NCBI GenBank assembly: GCA_965279035.1
Contig: OZ257142.1
Location: 2,816,001 to 2,880,000, forward strand
Source of the DNA: Bacteroidia bacterium
GTDB taxonomy: Bacteria > Bacteroidota > Bacteroidia > M30B66
DNA length: 64,000 bases
Reading direction: 5' to 3'
In this document: positions 49,788 to 61,500 of the stretch, piece after piece
Position numbering within the stretch: position 1 is the first letter of the stretch
Layout: every line of letters starts with the position of its first letter
Translations under genes and position numbers: made by a program
Notes under the pieces: generated by a model
Seen by the model: only the letters and a program-made list of their open reading frames with translations
Database searches by the model: none
Told to the model about the DNA's origin: nothing

Positions 49788-52391
49788 TTAATTCACTAAA
49801 ATTTTTTTAACGGCTGAAGCATTGGAAGAAAATAAGCGTAGAAAATAAACTCCTTTGCTTAGATCGTGAACACTGATTTGTCCTTGCGACAGGCCTTTGC
49901 TAATACTTGATTGCTGCACTAAACGCCCTTGTAAATCGATGAGCTGAACTTGAACGGCACTAGTATTTTGAGCAAGTTGAATATGGATTAAATCGTTGCT
50001 AGGATTTGGGAAAACATTCGCCGAAAGAATGGGTGTTTGAATTCCAGTTGGATCGGATGCTGAGTAAATTCCAATATTATCGAGAAATAAATTGGTTCCT
50101 CCACCATTAATTCCACGGAAGCGCACCATGATTGAGTTGGAGGATAAATAAGGTAAAAGATCAATTTTCTTGTAATTCCAATGATGCGGTTTTAAGGGAT
50201 GGAAATTCGTCCAAAGTGAATCAAAGGTTGCTAATTCTTGTCCGCCTTTAAAAAACACGGAAGTCCATGTTTCTCCGCAATCGTCCGAAACTGCAATATC
50301 CAATGTATCACTCAATGTAGTGCTACGAAAGCGGTAAGCAATATCGAAACGTAAAAACAATGAATCAACTGAGGAAGGAACATTGATATTAGGTGTAATG
50401 ATATCATCGAATTGTTTCCGATTGGTATAACTCAAAAACGGCATACGTGCAGAATACGAACTATTGTTCAAACCCGCAGTATGAAGCGTATCCCAGGTTT
50501 TACTGTTATCGTAATTTAAACGTAACCAATTGTTGATACTGAAGTCATTATTTTCGAAACTTTCGGCATAGGGTAATTCGACAATAGGCTGAACGTGAAT
50601 ATGGGCAATGCGACTATTATTTAATAATTCACGTTCAACAAAATTTCCAAATGGAATTAATACTGCTTGAATTTCGTGTATTCCTGGGCTTAAAAAACCT
50701 GAACTTAAAGTTACAAGTTCACTTGCACCGGGTTGAAGAATTGTTTGCCAATCTGTTGACCCAACATTCACTCCATCAATACTCCATGAGATTTGTCCCA
50801 TTCCTGTAGCAACTGTTCCTACATTTCGGATTTCGACTGTGGGTGTGTAATTTCCAACACAAGCAAAACCGGTATTGATAATGGATTCGATAGCGAGATC
50901 GAATTCTGAGGTATTAGGAGGAACTGGCGTATAAAGTGCTGCCAGAAAATTATAAGCATTTTCGAGATTGATAATTCCTTTTCCATAGGTATTATCTTCA
51001 CCAACATCACCTAAATCAGTAGCAGTTTGATATAAAGCATTGAGAATATCTCTACCGGTTAAAAATGGAAATGCTTCTTTCAAAATAAGGACTGAACCAG
51101 CTACGTGAGGTCCAGCCATGGAAGTACCAGAATATTCGGCGTATTGATTTTGTTGAACACTTGAACGCACATTCACACCTGGAGCAGATACTTCGGGTTT
51201 TATTTTCCAAGCATCAATTACATCGCAAGAAGTTGGTCCACGACTTGAAAAACTAGCAATGGGTAAAGTGGATGTGTTGGCATTGAGAGCACCAACAGTA
51301 AAAATGGAGAGACTATCGAAAGTAACGTATTGAGGCAATCCAATGGTTCCAGCTCCGGGTCCTTCATTTCCTGCCGAAAACTCAACGGCAATTCCAGCAG
51401 CATCCAATGAAGAAAAAAGATCAATCATAAATTGAGCTGTGCACAATCCATCAAAAATTGAATCACCAACACCCCAAGAATTACAAATTACATCAGGAAC
51501 ATCATCGCTTGTAGCAACATTGCCATCGGGATTTATAGCAAATTCGAAAGCTTCAAAAATGACAGTTACCGGTTTGATATCAGCAACATCTTCAACAATT
51601 GGATCGGCAGCCATATAGGAAGCATTGAATGCAATTCCAATAGTATCGGCAAAAGCAGTATCCAATCCTAAGATAGTTCCAGTAACGTGTGTTCCATGTG
51701 CATCGGGTTTATCGGCAGGAACATCTGAATCGAATCCTTTCCAGCACCATGCTTGAGGCAAGTAATTTCCTCTGTATTGACGACGAATTGCGGGATGCAC
51801 CGACCAAACTCCTGTATCGCAAGTAAATAATTTACGACCTAATCCGGTGTATCCTAAATTCCACATAAAAGGTGCGTGAATCGCTTCCAATCCGGCTTCA
51901 TGTCCACCAACGCTACGTGAAACAGATTCATGCTTTTCTACAATGGGAACAGGAGTAATGGTGAAGCGGTCGTTCGATTCGATGTAATCCACTTGAGGAA
52001 GAGAAGCTAATTCCATGATCAATGATGGTGTAGCATCAACAACCATAAGGTTGATTATATGGTATTGACGGACGATAGCAGCCATTCCATCTTCATCACC
52101 TAATACGCTTTTAATATATGCAACAACAGGTTCTTGAGACGAGTTTGCTTGTTGAATAAGCGCTTGATTTAGAATTCGATTTCGATCGGCGTTGGATGTA
52201 TGTTGATTTTGAAAATCGATGCTTAGTTGACGTGTATCAACACGATCGCGCATGTATAGCTGAATGCGTTGTTTTTGATTGGGTGCATTGAGCATACGTT
52301 GCTGAAGCATTGAGCTGATTGTAGACTGCGAAAAAGTTGGCAGGCTAAGCAGTATGCTAAGCAATACGATAAGAGAGGAAGGTTGAATCAT
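49788..52391 (-). CDS. S8 subtilisin-like serine peptidase with T9SS CTD
   Basis: DTGV, HGTHVTG and GTSMAGPHV catalytic triad; FPNPS CTD. Confidence 0.93.
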   Translation of the reverse strand: MIQPSSLIVLLSILLSLPTFSQSTISSMLQQRMLNAPNQKQRIQLYMRDRVDTRQLSIDFQNQHTSNADRNRILNQALIQQANSSQEPVVAYIKSVLGDEDGMAAIVRQYHIINLMVVDATPSLIMELASLPQVDYIESNDRFTITPVPIVEKHESVSRSVGGHEAGLEAIHAPFMWNLGYTGLGRKLFTCDTGVWSVHPAIRRQYRGNYLPQAWCWKGFDSDVPADKPDAHGTHVTGTILGLDTAFADTIGIAFNASYMAADPIVEDVADIKPVTVIFEAFEFAINPDGNVATSDDVPDVICNSWGVGDSIFDGLCTAQFMIDLFSSLDAAGIAVEFSAGNEGPGAGTIGLPQYVTFDSLSIFTVGALNANTSTLPIASFSSRGPTSCDVIDAWKIKPEVSAPGVNVRSSVQQNQYAEYSGTSMAGPHVAGSVLILKEAFPFLTGRDILNALYQTATDLGDVGEDNTYGKGIINLENAYNFLAALYTPVPPNTSEFDLAIESIINTGFACVGNYTPTVEIRNVGTVATGMGQISWSIDGVNVGSTDWQTILQPGASELVTLSSGFLSPGIHEIQAVLIPFGNFVERELLNNSRIAHIHVQPIVELPYAESFENNDFSINNWLRLNYDNSKTWDTLHTAGLNNSSYSARMPFLSYTNRKQFDDIITPNINVPSSVDSLFLRFDIAYRFRSTTLSDTLDIAVSDDCGETWTSVFFKGGQELATFDSLWTNFHPLKPHHWNYKKIDLLPYLSSNSIMVRFRGINGGGTNLFLDNIGIYSASDPTGIQTPILSANVFPNPSNDLIHIQLAQNTSAVQVQLIDLQGRLVQQSSISKGLSQGQISVHDLSKGVYFLRLFSSNASAVKKILVN

Positions 52392-52431
52392 GCGGATAAA
52401 CTTTCCGCCAAGATAAAAAAAGAGTTTGAGC

Positions 52432-52917
52432 TTAACTGTTTTGTTTAAGCAGTGTCCTCATATCATCGGTAAAGGACATAGAATTTAAGCCTAATGGCAG
52501 AACAAAATCGCCGTCGATACGATCTATTATTTTAAATGCTTTTGCTAATAAATCTTCACCTTCTTCGCTCAGGGCAAGAGTTTTAGAGCGTGTATCCATT
52601 TTATTTTTCTTCCTACTGAGGAGTCCTTTTTTCTGTAATGTTCTCAGAATTTTGGAAGTCATCATTTTATCGATGCGGCAATGTTTGGCTAAGTCTTGCT
52701 GAGAAACAATATTTTTTTGAGTTCCAATAAACTGCAAAGAAGCAAGAAGTAAGAATTGAGCGTGTGTAATACCGATTGTATCGAGGCCATTTTTAAGTTT
52801 GCGTTGCCAAAGCATCGAAACCTGCCACATGACAAAACCGGCGTTCTGTTCCGGATCACCAAATGGGTGGCGAGCGGAGGAAGCTTTCACAGAAGCCTCA
52901 GAAACTTTCTTTGACAT
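52432..52917 (-). CDS. MarR-family transcriptional regulator
   Basis: GFVMWQV..WQR, ITHAQFLLL, SKILRTLQKKG, DTRSK. Confidence 0.9.
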   Translation of the reverse strand: MSKKVSEASVKASSARHPFGDPEQNAGFVMWQVSMLWQRKLKNGLDTIGITHAQFLLLASLQFIGTQKNIVSQQDLAKHCRIDKMMTSKILRTLQKKGLLSRKKNKMDTRSKTLALSEEGEDLLAKAFKIIDRIDGDFVLPLGLNSMSFTDDMRTLLKQNS

Positions 52918-53048
52918 AAATTCAGGAATTAAGGTTGCAAGTATAATCAAATTCTACAAGCTGCAAGTACTTAGGCGAAACAATGAATGTAATATTCGCT
53001 ACTTTTGAAAATATTCAATACATCACGTGTTTAGAATCGAGCTATTTT

Positions 53049-53921
53049 TTAATTCGATTTAACAGAAATGGCACTTAACCAACGAGGTAAACCATTGAGA
53101 TCGAAATGAATTTCAACTTGTTTGAATCCAGCATCTTCCCAACAGGCTTTTACTTGGTTTGTTAGAGCAGAGTGACTTTCTGCTAATAAAATTCCATCTG
53201 GTTTGAGTAAGGCATTTCCCCAGCGTGCAAGGTGACGATAGAATATCATAGGATCTTGATCGGGAACGAAGAGTGCCATGGATGGTTCTTGCTCGTGCAC
53301 ATGTTTCGCCATGCTTGGTCGCTCCGATTCAGGAATATAAGGTGGATTAGAAATCAAGATATCTAATTCAGGAAAGCCTTGAGCAGAATCTTGAATAAGA
53401 TCGACTTTAGAAAAAGAAATTTCAAGCTTGAGATTGAGGGCATTTTTTTGAGCGATACGTAATGCTTCATCCGAAAGATCACAGGCAAAAATGCTGGCTT
53501 GAGGAAGATAATTTTTCAAGGCGAAAGCGATACAACCGCTACCTGTACATGCATCTAAAATGACTGGATCGGATGGGATTTTACTTTCTAACAATCCATT
53601 TACAAGCTCTTCCGTTTCGGGACGAGGAATTAAAACACCCGGTTCAACACCGATTTCTAGTCCACAAAACCAAGCGTTACCTAATATATATTGAACTGGT
53701 TCATGGTTTCGAAGTCGTTTTACAAATTGGGAATACTGTAGCAAATCACTTTCATTGACGCGTGTTTCAGGCTGAAGATGGATTTGTATCATCGACCAGC
53801 CATTTATTTTTTCAGCAGCCATACGAAACAAGGCAAGGATTTCACTGCTTGAATAGAGATTTTTCAGTTCTTCTTCAAAATATCGTTTAATATGAGCAAT
53901 GCTATTTCCCTGAATTTTCAT
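53049..53921 (-). CDS. prmC: Peptide chain release factor N5-glutamine methyltransferase
   Basis: EPVQYILG, VLIPRPETEELV, DACTGSGCI, SNPPY. Confidence 0.95.
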   Translation of the reverse strand: MKIQGNSIAHIKRYFEEELKNLYSSSEILALFRMAAEKINGWSMIQIHLQPETRVNESDLLQYSQFVKRLRNHEPVQYILGNAWFCGLEIGVEPGVLIPRPETEELVNGLLESKIPSDPVILDACTGSGCIAFALKNYLPQASIFACDLSDEALRIAQKNALNLKLEISFSKVDLIQDSAQGFPELDILISNPPYIPESERPSMAKHVHEQEPSMALFVPDQDPMIFYRHLARWGNALLKPDGILLAESHSALTNQVKACWEDAGFKQVEIHFDLNGLPRWLSAISVKSN

Positions 53922-54011
53922 CAATCACCTTGTTAAAAAAAATGCAAGGCAAAGGACATAAAGTTGATTGAAAATCGCACTATGAAACCAGCTTTTCTCT
54001 AATTTGGCAAC

Positions 54012-55073
54012 ATGGAAATGTATATGCGTCGTGCCATTGAACTGGCAGAACAAGGAATGGGCAAAGTTGCACCTAATCCACTGGTTGGTTGTGTGATTGT
54101 TCATCAAGATAAAATTATTGGAGAAGGATTTCATCAACGCTATGGTGGTGCTCATGCAGAAGTGAATGCCATTCAATCTGTTGAAAACAAAGACTTGTTA
54201 AAGGATTCAACACTATTTGTTACACTTGAACCCTGCAATCATACCGGATTTACACCGCCCTGTACTCATCTAATTTTAGAACATAAAATCCCTCGGGTTG
54301 TCATTGCTACTCGAGATTCAAATCCAGTGGTAGCGGGAAAAGGAGTTGAACTTTTGCAAAAGGCAGGAGTGAATGTTCAGGTTGGTTTATTGGAAGACTT
54401 AGCACGTTGGCAGAATCGTCGCTTTTTTACATTTCACGAAAAATACAGGCCTTATATTATATTAAAGTGGGCAGAGACGAAGGATGGATTTATGGATATT
54501 GCCCGTGAACATGGCGAAACTGGAAGCTTTGCTATTAGTGGGAAAGAAGCTAAAATTCAGGTTCATAAATGGAGGACAGAAGAGTCGGCCATATTGGTTG
54601 GTTCACGAACTGTCTTTATAGATAATCCACAATTAACTGCACGTCATTGGCCAGGAAAAGATCCTGTTCGTATTGTAATAGACGCGAATTTGAAGGTGCC
54701 GCGCACTCATAAAATTTTCGAAGATCGCGGAAGGACGATTGTATTTAATCGTTTAGAAACACGTCCTATTTTCAATATTGAATATATCCAACTCAATTTT
54801 GCTGAAGAGATTTTACCACGAATTATGGATTATCTACGTTATGAGAAACTCACTTCGGTGATTGTTGAAGGAGGTTCTGCTACGCTTGGGCGTTTTCTTG
54901 AATTAGGGTTATGGGATGAAATTCGACGTTTTAGAGCACCGATGAATCTTGAAAAAGGATTGAAAGCTCCAACATTAAATTTAAAACCATACGAAAGTAT
55001 CGCGGTTGGAGTAGATGTCTTGGAGCTCTATTATCAATCAAATCCACCTGAAGGATTTCACATTAGTATTTAA
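54012..55073 (+). CDS. ribD: Bifunctional riboflavin deaminase/reductase
   Basis: PNPLVGCV, HAE, TLEPC, PPC, DNPQLT, VEGG. Confidence 0.96.
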   Translation: MEMYMRRAIELAEQGMGKVAPNPLVGCVIVHQDKIIGEGFHQRYGGAHAEVNAIQSVENKDLLKDSTLFVTLEPCNHTGFTPPCTHLILEHKIPRVVIATRDSNPVVAGKGVELLQKAGVNVQVGLLEDLARWQNRRFFTFHEKYRPYIILKWAETKDGFMDIAREHGETGSFAISGKEAKIQVHKWRTEESAILVGSRTVFIDNPQLTARHWPGKDPVRIVIDANLKVPRTHKIFEDRGRTIVFNRLETRPIFNIEYIQLNFAEEILPRIMDYLRYEKLTSVIVEGGSATLGRFLELGLWDEIRRFRAPMNLEKGLKAPTLNLKPYESIAVGVDVLELYYQSNPPEGFHISI

Positions 55074-56748
55074 TCAATCGGGCAGATTTAAATCCTGATT
55101 TTGTTTGTTGCAAAACAATGTAAATCCCTGGAGTTAATTCCTTCAAATCAATCACACTTTGGTTGATTTCAAGGTTTATTTTTCTTCCGAATTGATCAAT
55201 GATTTGAGTGTTTTCCAGAGTTGAATTTCTTACGTAAACTTGAGAATTAGCCGGATTGGGAAATACTGATAATTGAATTGATTCTTTTGAGTTAATTGAT
55301 AATGCATCCGGAACAAGGTTATACTTAAAGAGAAATCCATCGAGTCCTGAACCAACGCGCGGGATAGAAATTGTTTGAGAAGGATATTCTGGAAAGGTTG
55401 TATTGCTTACTTGACCGCTTTGATATACCAATGTTCCTTTTAAAACAATATCATTCCCAAGTTGATCTCCGTTTCCCCCTTGTTCAAAGTAATTCATAAG
55501 TGACCAATCATCTTCAAAACGAAGTATAAATGCATTGGTCGAATCACCAGAACTAACAGTATAAACAGCTGCTCCAAGTTCTAAATCTACATCGCCTTTA
55601 TAATTCCCTGTAGCAATCATGGTATTATTTGGACCTGTATATAAACGACTTACAGAAGCCGTAAGGGTTTGACTTCCCTGCATGATAACAGCAGAAACTA
55701 AAACTGCCGAAGAGGTATAACGAGCAAGGAATGGAGCGGCATTCGTTCCCGTTTTCGTTAACATAACTGCTGCAGCACCTGGATCAACATCCATACTCGT
55801 ACTGTTTATATTTCCTGTAATTATCACTTGTCCATTTTCTGTCATTGCAACCGCATTCCCCAATTCAAGCGAACTTCCACCGAGTAAAAATCCCCAAGAA
55901 AGTGTTCCATCATTTTGTGAATATCGAATTAAGAAAGCATCCGTTGCAGCAACTAAATTGGTTGTTCCAGCACCTGGATTAATATCGGCTGTACCACCAA
56001 TTAAACCTGTAGAATAAACATAACCATCAGCCCCTAAACAGAAATCAGAAATAAAATCGATGGCAGGTGTTTGAGAGCCAATGACATTCATCCAGATCAA
56101 TTGAAAATCACCATAATATTTTCCAATAAAACAATCACCCGAAAACACATTCGATGTTTTAGAAAAAGTTCCTCCACCAAAATCAAAATCTACTGTTTGA
56201 GTGTATTGTCCAGCAATAAATATTTCGTTGAATTCATTAATTCGAATGCATCGAATATCGATTGTTCCTCCAGAAGTAATGTTTCGATATTCGATTAGTA
56301 CTCCTGTTTGCCCATCATATTTTGCTAAAAAACCCTCCAATGCGCCTGAAGGATCTGAGGTGATTATTTCGGTAGAATCGCTTGGGTCTAAATCGATACT
56401 CGTTTGAAAACGTCCCGCAACCCAAATATTATCGGCAGTATCACAAGAAATGGAAGAAATTTGATCTGTATTGGGTCCACCGATTGAAATTTGCCATAAT
56501 AGTGTTCCATCTGAATTGTATTTGGTTAGAAATACATCTTGAAATCCATAGGAAGGGATTGTTCCCAAAATAGATTGCAATGGTCCAGTAAACGTGCCGG
56601 CAGCAAATACATTCCCATTAGAATCAAGCGCTATACGCTGGATATTATCGGCCGAAGCTCCTCCGTATGTTTTACCCCAAGTAAACTGTTGTGCATCAGT
56701 AATTGTACATGCAGAAACAAACAGTAACATCGTCCAAATTAACTTCAT
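55063..56748 (-). CDS. Beta-propeller (SBBP-like) repeat protein with T9SS CTD
   Basis: Repeats of D..GN...G.F...DLDP and D.F..KY; FPNPA CTD. Confidence 0.82.
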   Translation of the reverse strand: MKLIWTMLLFVSACTITDAQQFTWGKTYGGASADNIQRIALDSNGNVFAAGTFTGPLQSILGTIPSYGFQDVFLTKYNSDGTLLWQISIGGPNTDQISSISCDTADNIWVAGRFQTSIDLDPSDSTEIITSDPSGALEGFLAKYDGQTGVLIEYRNITSGGTIDIRCIRINEFNEIFIAGQYTQTVDFDFGGGTFSKTSNVFSGDCFIGKYYGDFQLIWMNVIGSQTPAIDFISDFCLGADGYVYSTGLIGGTADINPGAGTTNLVAATDAFLIRYSQNDGTLSWGFLLGGSSLELGNAVAMTENGQVIITGNINSTSMDVDPGAAAVMLTKTGTNAAPFLARYTSSAVLVSAVIMQGSQTLTASVSRLYTGPNNTMIATGNYKGDVDLELGAAVYTVSSGDSTNAFILRFEDDWSLMNYFEQGGNGDQLGNDIVLKGTLVYQSGQVSNTTFPEYPSQTISIPRVGSGLDGFLFKYNLVPDALSINSKESIQLSVFPNPANSQVYVRNSTLENTQIIDQFGRKINLEINQSVIDLKELTPGIYIVLQQTKSGFKSARLIKY

Positions 56749-56891
56749 AAAAACTGCATTTTTAAGGAGGTTAAATTAAACGGAGTCAAGCTTTTAAAAA
56801 GCCCCATTTAGGAAAAGTATCGAGACCCTATTGTTGATAACTACAGGAATCTCTAAGGTAATATAAAGTTATGTATGAACAGAAACGAAAA

Positions 56892-58022
56892 TTAATATTG
56901 AATTACTTGTTGTTCGATTTCTTTTGGTAATTCACGGAATTCATACTGTTGAGTTCTTAATTGAGGCTCAAATCCTGCCTCTTTTATAGCTTGTTGAATT
57001 CCGTCGGCCGTAAACCGATGAGGCGCACCAGCAGCCGAAACAACATTCTCTTCAATCATAATTGATCCAAAATCATTTGCACCAGCATGTAAACAGAGTT
57101 GCGCTGTTTTTTCACCAACAGTAAGCCACGAAGCTTGAATATTGATCACATTCGGCAACATCATTCTACTTAAAGCAATCATTCGGATATATTCATCCCC
57201 AGTAACATGATTGCGTACATTCTTCACTCGTCGCAATAAAGTTCCATCATCCATAAATGGCCATGGAATAAATGCTAAAAATCCTTTTGAATGGGCAGGT
57301 TTCTCACTTTGAACTTGACGAATCCAGGCAAGGTGTTCAAAACGTTCTTCAAGCGTTTCGATATGTCCAAACATCATTGTAGCTGAAGTTGTAATATCCA
57401 ATTGATGAGCAGCTCGCATCACATCCAACCATTCAGCTCCACTGCATTTTCCTTTGGAAATCATACGTCTAACACGGTCATTTAATATTTCGGCACCTGC
57501 ACCAGGCAAGGAATCTAATCCCGCATTTTTTAATCGTGATAAAACTTCAGTATGACTCAAATTTCCCAGTTTTGCAATATGCGCTATTTCAGGTGGACCG
57601 AGAGCATGAAGTTTTATATCTGGAAAATTAGATTTCAAATCACGAAAAAGCTGCTCATAAAATTCAATTCCTAATTCAGGATGATGGCCGCCTTGCAAAA
57701 GCATTTGATCTCCACCTAAACGACGCATTTCCTCAATCTTTACACGGTATTCATCGAGTGTTGTAATATAGGATTCAACATGTCCTGGTATTCTGTAAAA
57801 ATTACAAAACTTACAATTTGCAATACATACATTGGTTGTATTGACATTGCGATCGATCATCCAAGTTACTTTCCCATCAGGCTTTTGCTTCGTTTTTAGT
57901 TCGTTACCTACAAACATGATATCAGCAAGAGGAGCATTTTCAAATAAGAATACTCCTTCTTCAATACTAAGCCACTCCATTTGAAGTGCTTTATTCAAAA
58001 GTGTTTGTACTTCCATATTCAT
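56892..58022 (-). CDS. mqnC: Cyclic dehypoxanthinyl futalosine synthase (CofH/MqnC radical SAM)
   Basis: IDRNVNTTNVCIANCKFC, LLQGGHHP, PGAGAEIL, ATMMFGH, GANDFGS..IEENVVSAAG. Confidence 0.85.
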   Translation of the reverse strand: MNMEVQTLLNKALQMEWLSIEEGVFLFENAPLADIMFVGNELKTKQKPDGKVTWMIDRNVNTTNVCIANCKFCNFYRIPGHVESYITTLDEYRVKIEEMRRLGGDQMLLQGGHHPELGIEFYEQLFRDLKSNFPDIKLHALGPPEIAHIAKLGNLSHTEVLSRLKNAGLDSLPGAGAEILNDRVRRMISKGKCSGAEWLDVMRAAHQLDITTSATMMFGHIETLEERFEHLAWIRQVQSEKPAHSKGFLAFIPWPFMDDGTLLRRVKNVRNHVTGDEYIRMIALSRMMLPNVINIQASWLTVGEKTAQLCLHAGANDFGSIMIEENVVSAAGAPHRFTADGIQQAIKEAGFEPQLRTQQYEFRELPKEIEQQVIQY

Positions 58023-58522
58023 CTTAACAGGCTGCAAGGTAGAATTTGTTTATAAAATGGTTAAATGGAAAAATCGATTTCAATCAATCGATTTGTTTGC
58101 CCAATAACACCAAGTTTTTAGCTCGAATTCCAACAATCCAATCCATAAAATTCAAATTTCAATTGTTTTGAATTAAGGAAACGAGCAGCAATGGAGAATG
58201 TTCTAAGCAATTAATCTTTCTCCAGCTATATATTTCAACAGCTGTGTTTAGAATTTATTCTGATTTCATTTTCAACATGTTAAATAAATGAATAGCATGA
58301 ATTATTTATCAACATACACGTCGAAAACTATCCGTTCTTAAACGTTTACTATACGACTTACCTCAAAAGGTTAAATTAACTTTGAGTCGGTGGGTGGTTA
58401 GAGGTCGGCCCCCGCGTGCGCGAAGACAATGCTTTATTGATAGGCTTTACAGACAATCTATTCTTAAGTATATTTTCAAATTCTCCTTAAAATTCGTTTT
58501 ACATTCCCTCCCTCCTACTATG

Positions 58523-58540
58523 TTTCTACATTTGTAGAAA
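58523..58540 (+). promoter_or_regulatory. -7 element TACATTTG embedded in a perfect palindrome
   Basis: TTTCTACA-TT-TGTAGAAA, 3 bp before the kinase ATG. Confidence 0.55.
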
Positions 58541-58543
58541 TCC

Positions 58544-61500
58544 ATGCTCCACCATTCTAAAATTCTGCTTCTGTTACTGCTTTTTCCATTGGGAATTGGA
58601 GCACAACAGTTTCATTTTCGGAATTACTCTTTGAGCGAAGGATTGGCACAAAGCCAAGTTTATACGCTTTGTCAATCTAAAAATGGAACCATATGGATGG
58701 GGACACGCGGAGGCGGTTTAAGTGCTTTCGATGGTATACGTTTTCAAAATTACACTACCAAAGATGGTTTAGCGGATAATTATATTCTCTGTTTAACTGA
58801 AGATTCTAATGGCATTCTTTGGATTGGAACAAACAACGGACTTTGTTCTTTTAATGGAAGAGTATTTAAATCAGAAATTTTACCAGATAGTGGGACAATT
58901 GTCGTTGAGAGTATTTTACTGAATTATCAAAATGCTTTGATCATTGGAACTCAAAAAGGAATCTATGAATTAAAAGCAAACAAATGGAATCGATTCAGAA
59001 CTGATATTAAAAGTATTCAAGAGAATATTACTTGTTTGTATAACGATCATAAAAATCGATTGTGGATTGGGAATAATAGTGGTCTAACGTGTATCGATAA
59101 AAAGACAATTCAACATGTTGGAAGTAAGGAAGGTTTGCCAAGTGAAGCGATACGATGTATAACTGAAGATGCTGGAGGAACAATTTGGATTGGAACGTAT
59201 GGACACGGCATTGCTTGGATAACTACAAAAGGAATTCGAGTAATGAACTCTAAAAGTGTTTTGCCCGATCCGATAGTTCAGAGTCTATATCGAGATAATC
59301 AAAACCGCATTTGGATAGGAACACAAGAGGCAGGAGCTGGGTATTGGAATCCAAGTGATAGTTTATTCCGATTTATTAACGAACGAGATGGACTTTGCAA
59401 TAATCATATTCGCTGCATTATTGATGATTATTGGGGAAATATTTGGTTAGGATCTTCGGGTGGCGGAGTAAGTAAATATTTCGGACAGCAATTCACTCAT
59501 TTCGATCAGCGTAGCGGTTTACCTGGACGCAATGTGTATGCACTTGCTGAAGATAGTTCAGGAGCAATTTGGTTTAGTACATCATCTGGGGGCTTGTGTC
59601 GAGCCGAAGGGAATTTGATAAAGGATTTCAGCCGAGCGGAAGGCTTTCCTACAGTTAAAATTAAAAAACTGATGATTGACCTTCAAAACCGATTGTGGAT
59701 TGGAACTGAAGGTGAAGGAATTTATATATATAATGGAAAAGATTTTACCCATTTAGGAAATGAAAATGGCTTGATGGGTAATTGGATTAGGGACATTATT
59801 CAGGATTTGGCAGGTAATATTTGGATAGCTAAAGCGGGAGGAGGAATAGCAAAAGTTTCGGAAGTAAATTCCAAGTTTGAAATCCGTCAATTTGGGGTAG
59901 AACAAGGATTACCCGAAGATCGCATCAATGCATTATTACAAGATAAAATTGGTAGAATATGGTTTGCAACAACAAGTAGTGGATGTGGTTTTATTGAAAA
60001 TGATTCCATTTATTCGTTCAACACAAAAGATGGATTAAGTAGTCAAAAGTTGCGATCATTGACAATGGCTCCAAATGGTGATGTTTGGATTGGAACTGCA
60101 GATCGAGGACTAAGCGTTGTTACAATGCAAGGTAATCGAGCAAATTTTAGAAGTATTTCGGTAAAGCAAGGTTTAACTTCCGACAATAGTTATTTACTCA
60201 TTTTTGATCATGATGGTCGACTTTGGAATGGAACTGAAAAAGGGCTTGATCGAATAACATTGGGAAGTGATGTTGAGGTTGAAGAAATCAAGCATTACGG
60301 CTATTCCGAAGGATTTATTGGCATTGAAACGTCTCAAAATGCTGCAATTCTTGATAGTCAAGGAAAGCTTTGGTTTGGGACGATTAACGGATTAACGCGC
60401 TTCAATCCTTCCCTTACTGATATCAACAAAATAGCACCAATTCTTCAACTACGAGATATTCGTTTGTTTTTTAAACCATTGTTAGAAACGAATTATGCCC
60501 CCTTTTGGGAAACGATTGATCGAGATACGACGAGTGTTTTAAAATTACCATACAATCAAAATCATTTAAGCTTCGATTTCTTTGGAGTAAATCAACGAAA
60601 TCCCGAACAGGTGAAATACCAATGGAAGCTTGTCGGCTTGGATGAAAACTGGACTCCTGCAGGGTTTCAACATAATATTACTTATTCTAATCTTCCGCCA
60701 GGTGAGTATACTTTATTGTATCGAGCAGAGAATGAGGATGGAATTTGGAGTGAATCAAAATCAATTCATTTTAGCATTGAACAACCTATTTGGAAACGTT
60801 GGTGGTTTTTAACAATCTCAGTTGGATTTTTGGTTGTATTTGTTTGGATATATTTCCGCTGGAGACTAAGACGAATTAAGCACAAAGCGAAAGAAGCTCA
60901 AGAAAAATTGAAGTTGGAAACAGATGTCCTTAAGCTTGAACAAAAAGCTTTACAGCTTCAAATGAATCCGCATTTTATTTTCAATGCATTGAATTCTATA
61001 CAAGCTCTTATTGGTACACAAGACGAAAAAACGGCTCGTTATTATCTGTCGAAATTTTCCCGCTTAATGCGCCAAATACTCGAAAGTAGCCGAGAACAGC
61101 TAATTCCGTTGGAAATGGAAATTAGTATTTTAGAGAATTATTTGAGTATTGAACAATTCAGTCATGGTGTTAAATTCACTTGGAAAATAAATTATGAAGA
61201 TTCTATAGATATTAAAAACACAAGTATTTTACCAATGCTTATTCATCCATTTGTGGAAAATGCTGTTATACATGGACTTATTCCAAAAGGAGCAGATGGA
61301 CACATTCAAATACTATTTAGTAAATTCGAAAATCAATTATTAGTTAGGATAATGGATAATGGTATTGGCCGTGAAAAAGCGCGTGAACGACGTTCTCAAC
61401 AAGATCAACAACATAAATCAACTGCTTTATTAGTTGTTCAAGAACGACTCGCATTACTCGAAGGAAAAACACATATTCAAATAAACGATTTGACCAATGA

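Noticed and set aside
55063-55073. 11-bp 3' overlap of ribD and the convergent gene
   Set aside because: Common in compact genomes; no further signal.
58329-58360. Possible LytTR direct repeat TATCCGTTCTT / TATACGACTTA
   Set aside because: Too degenerate to support by eye.
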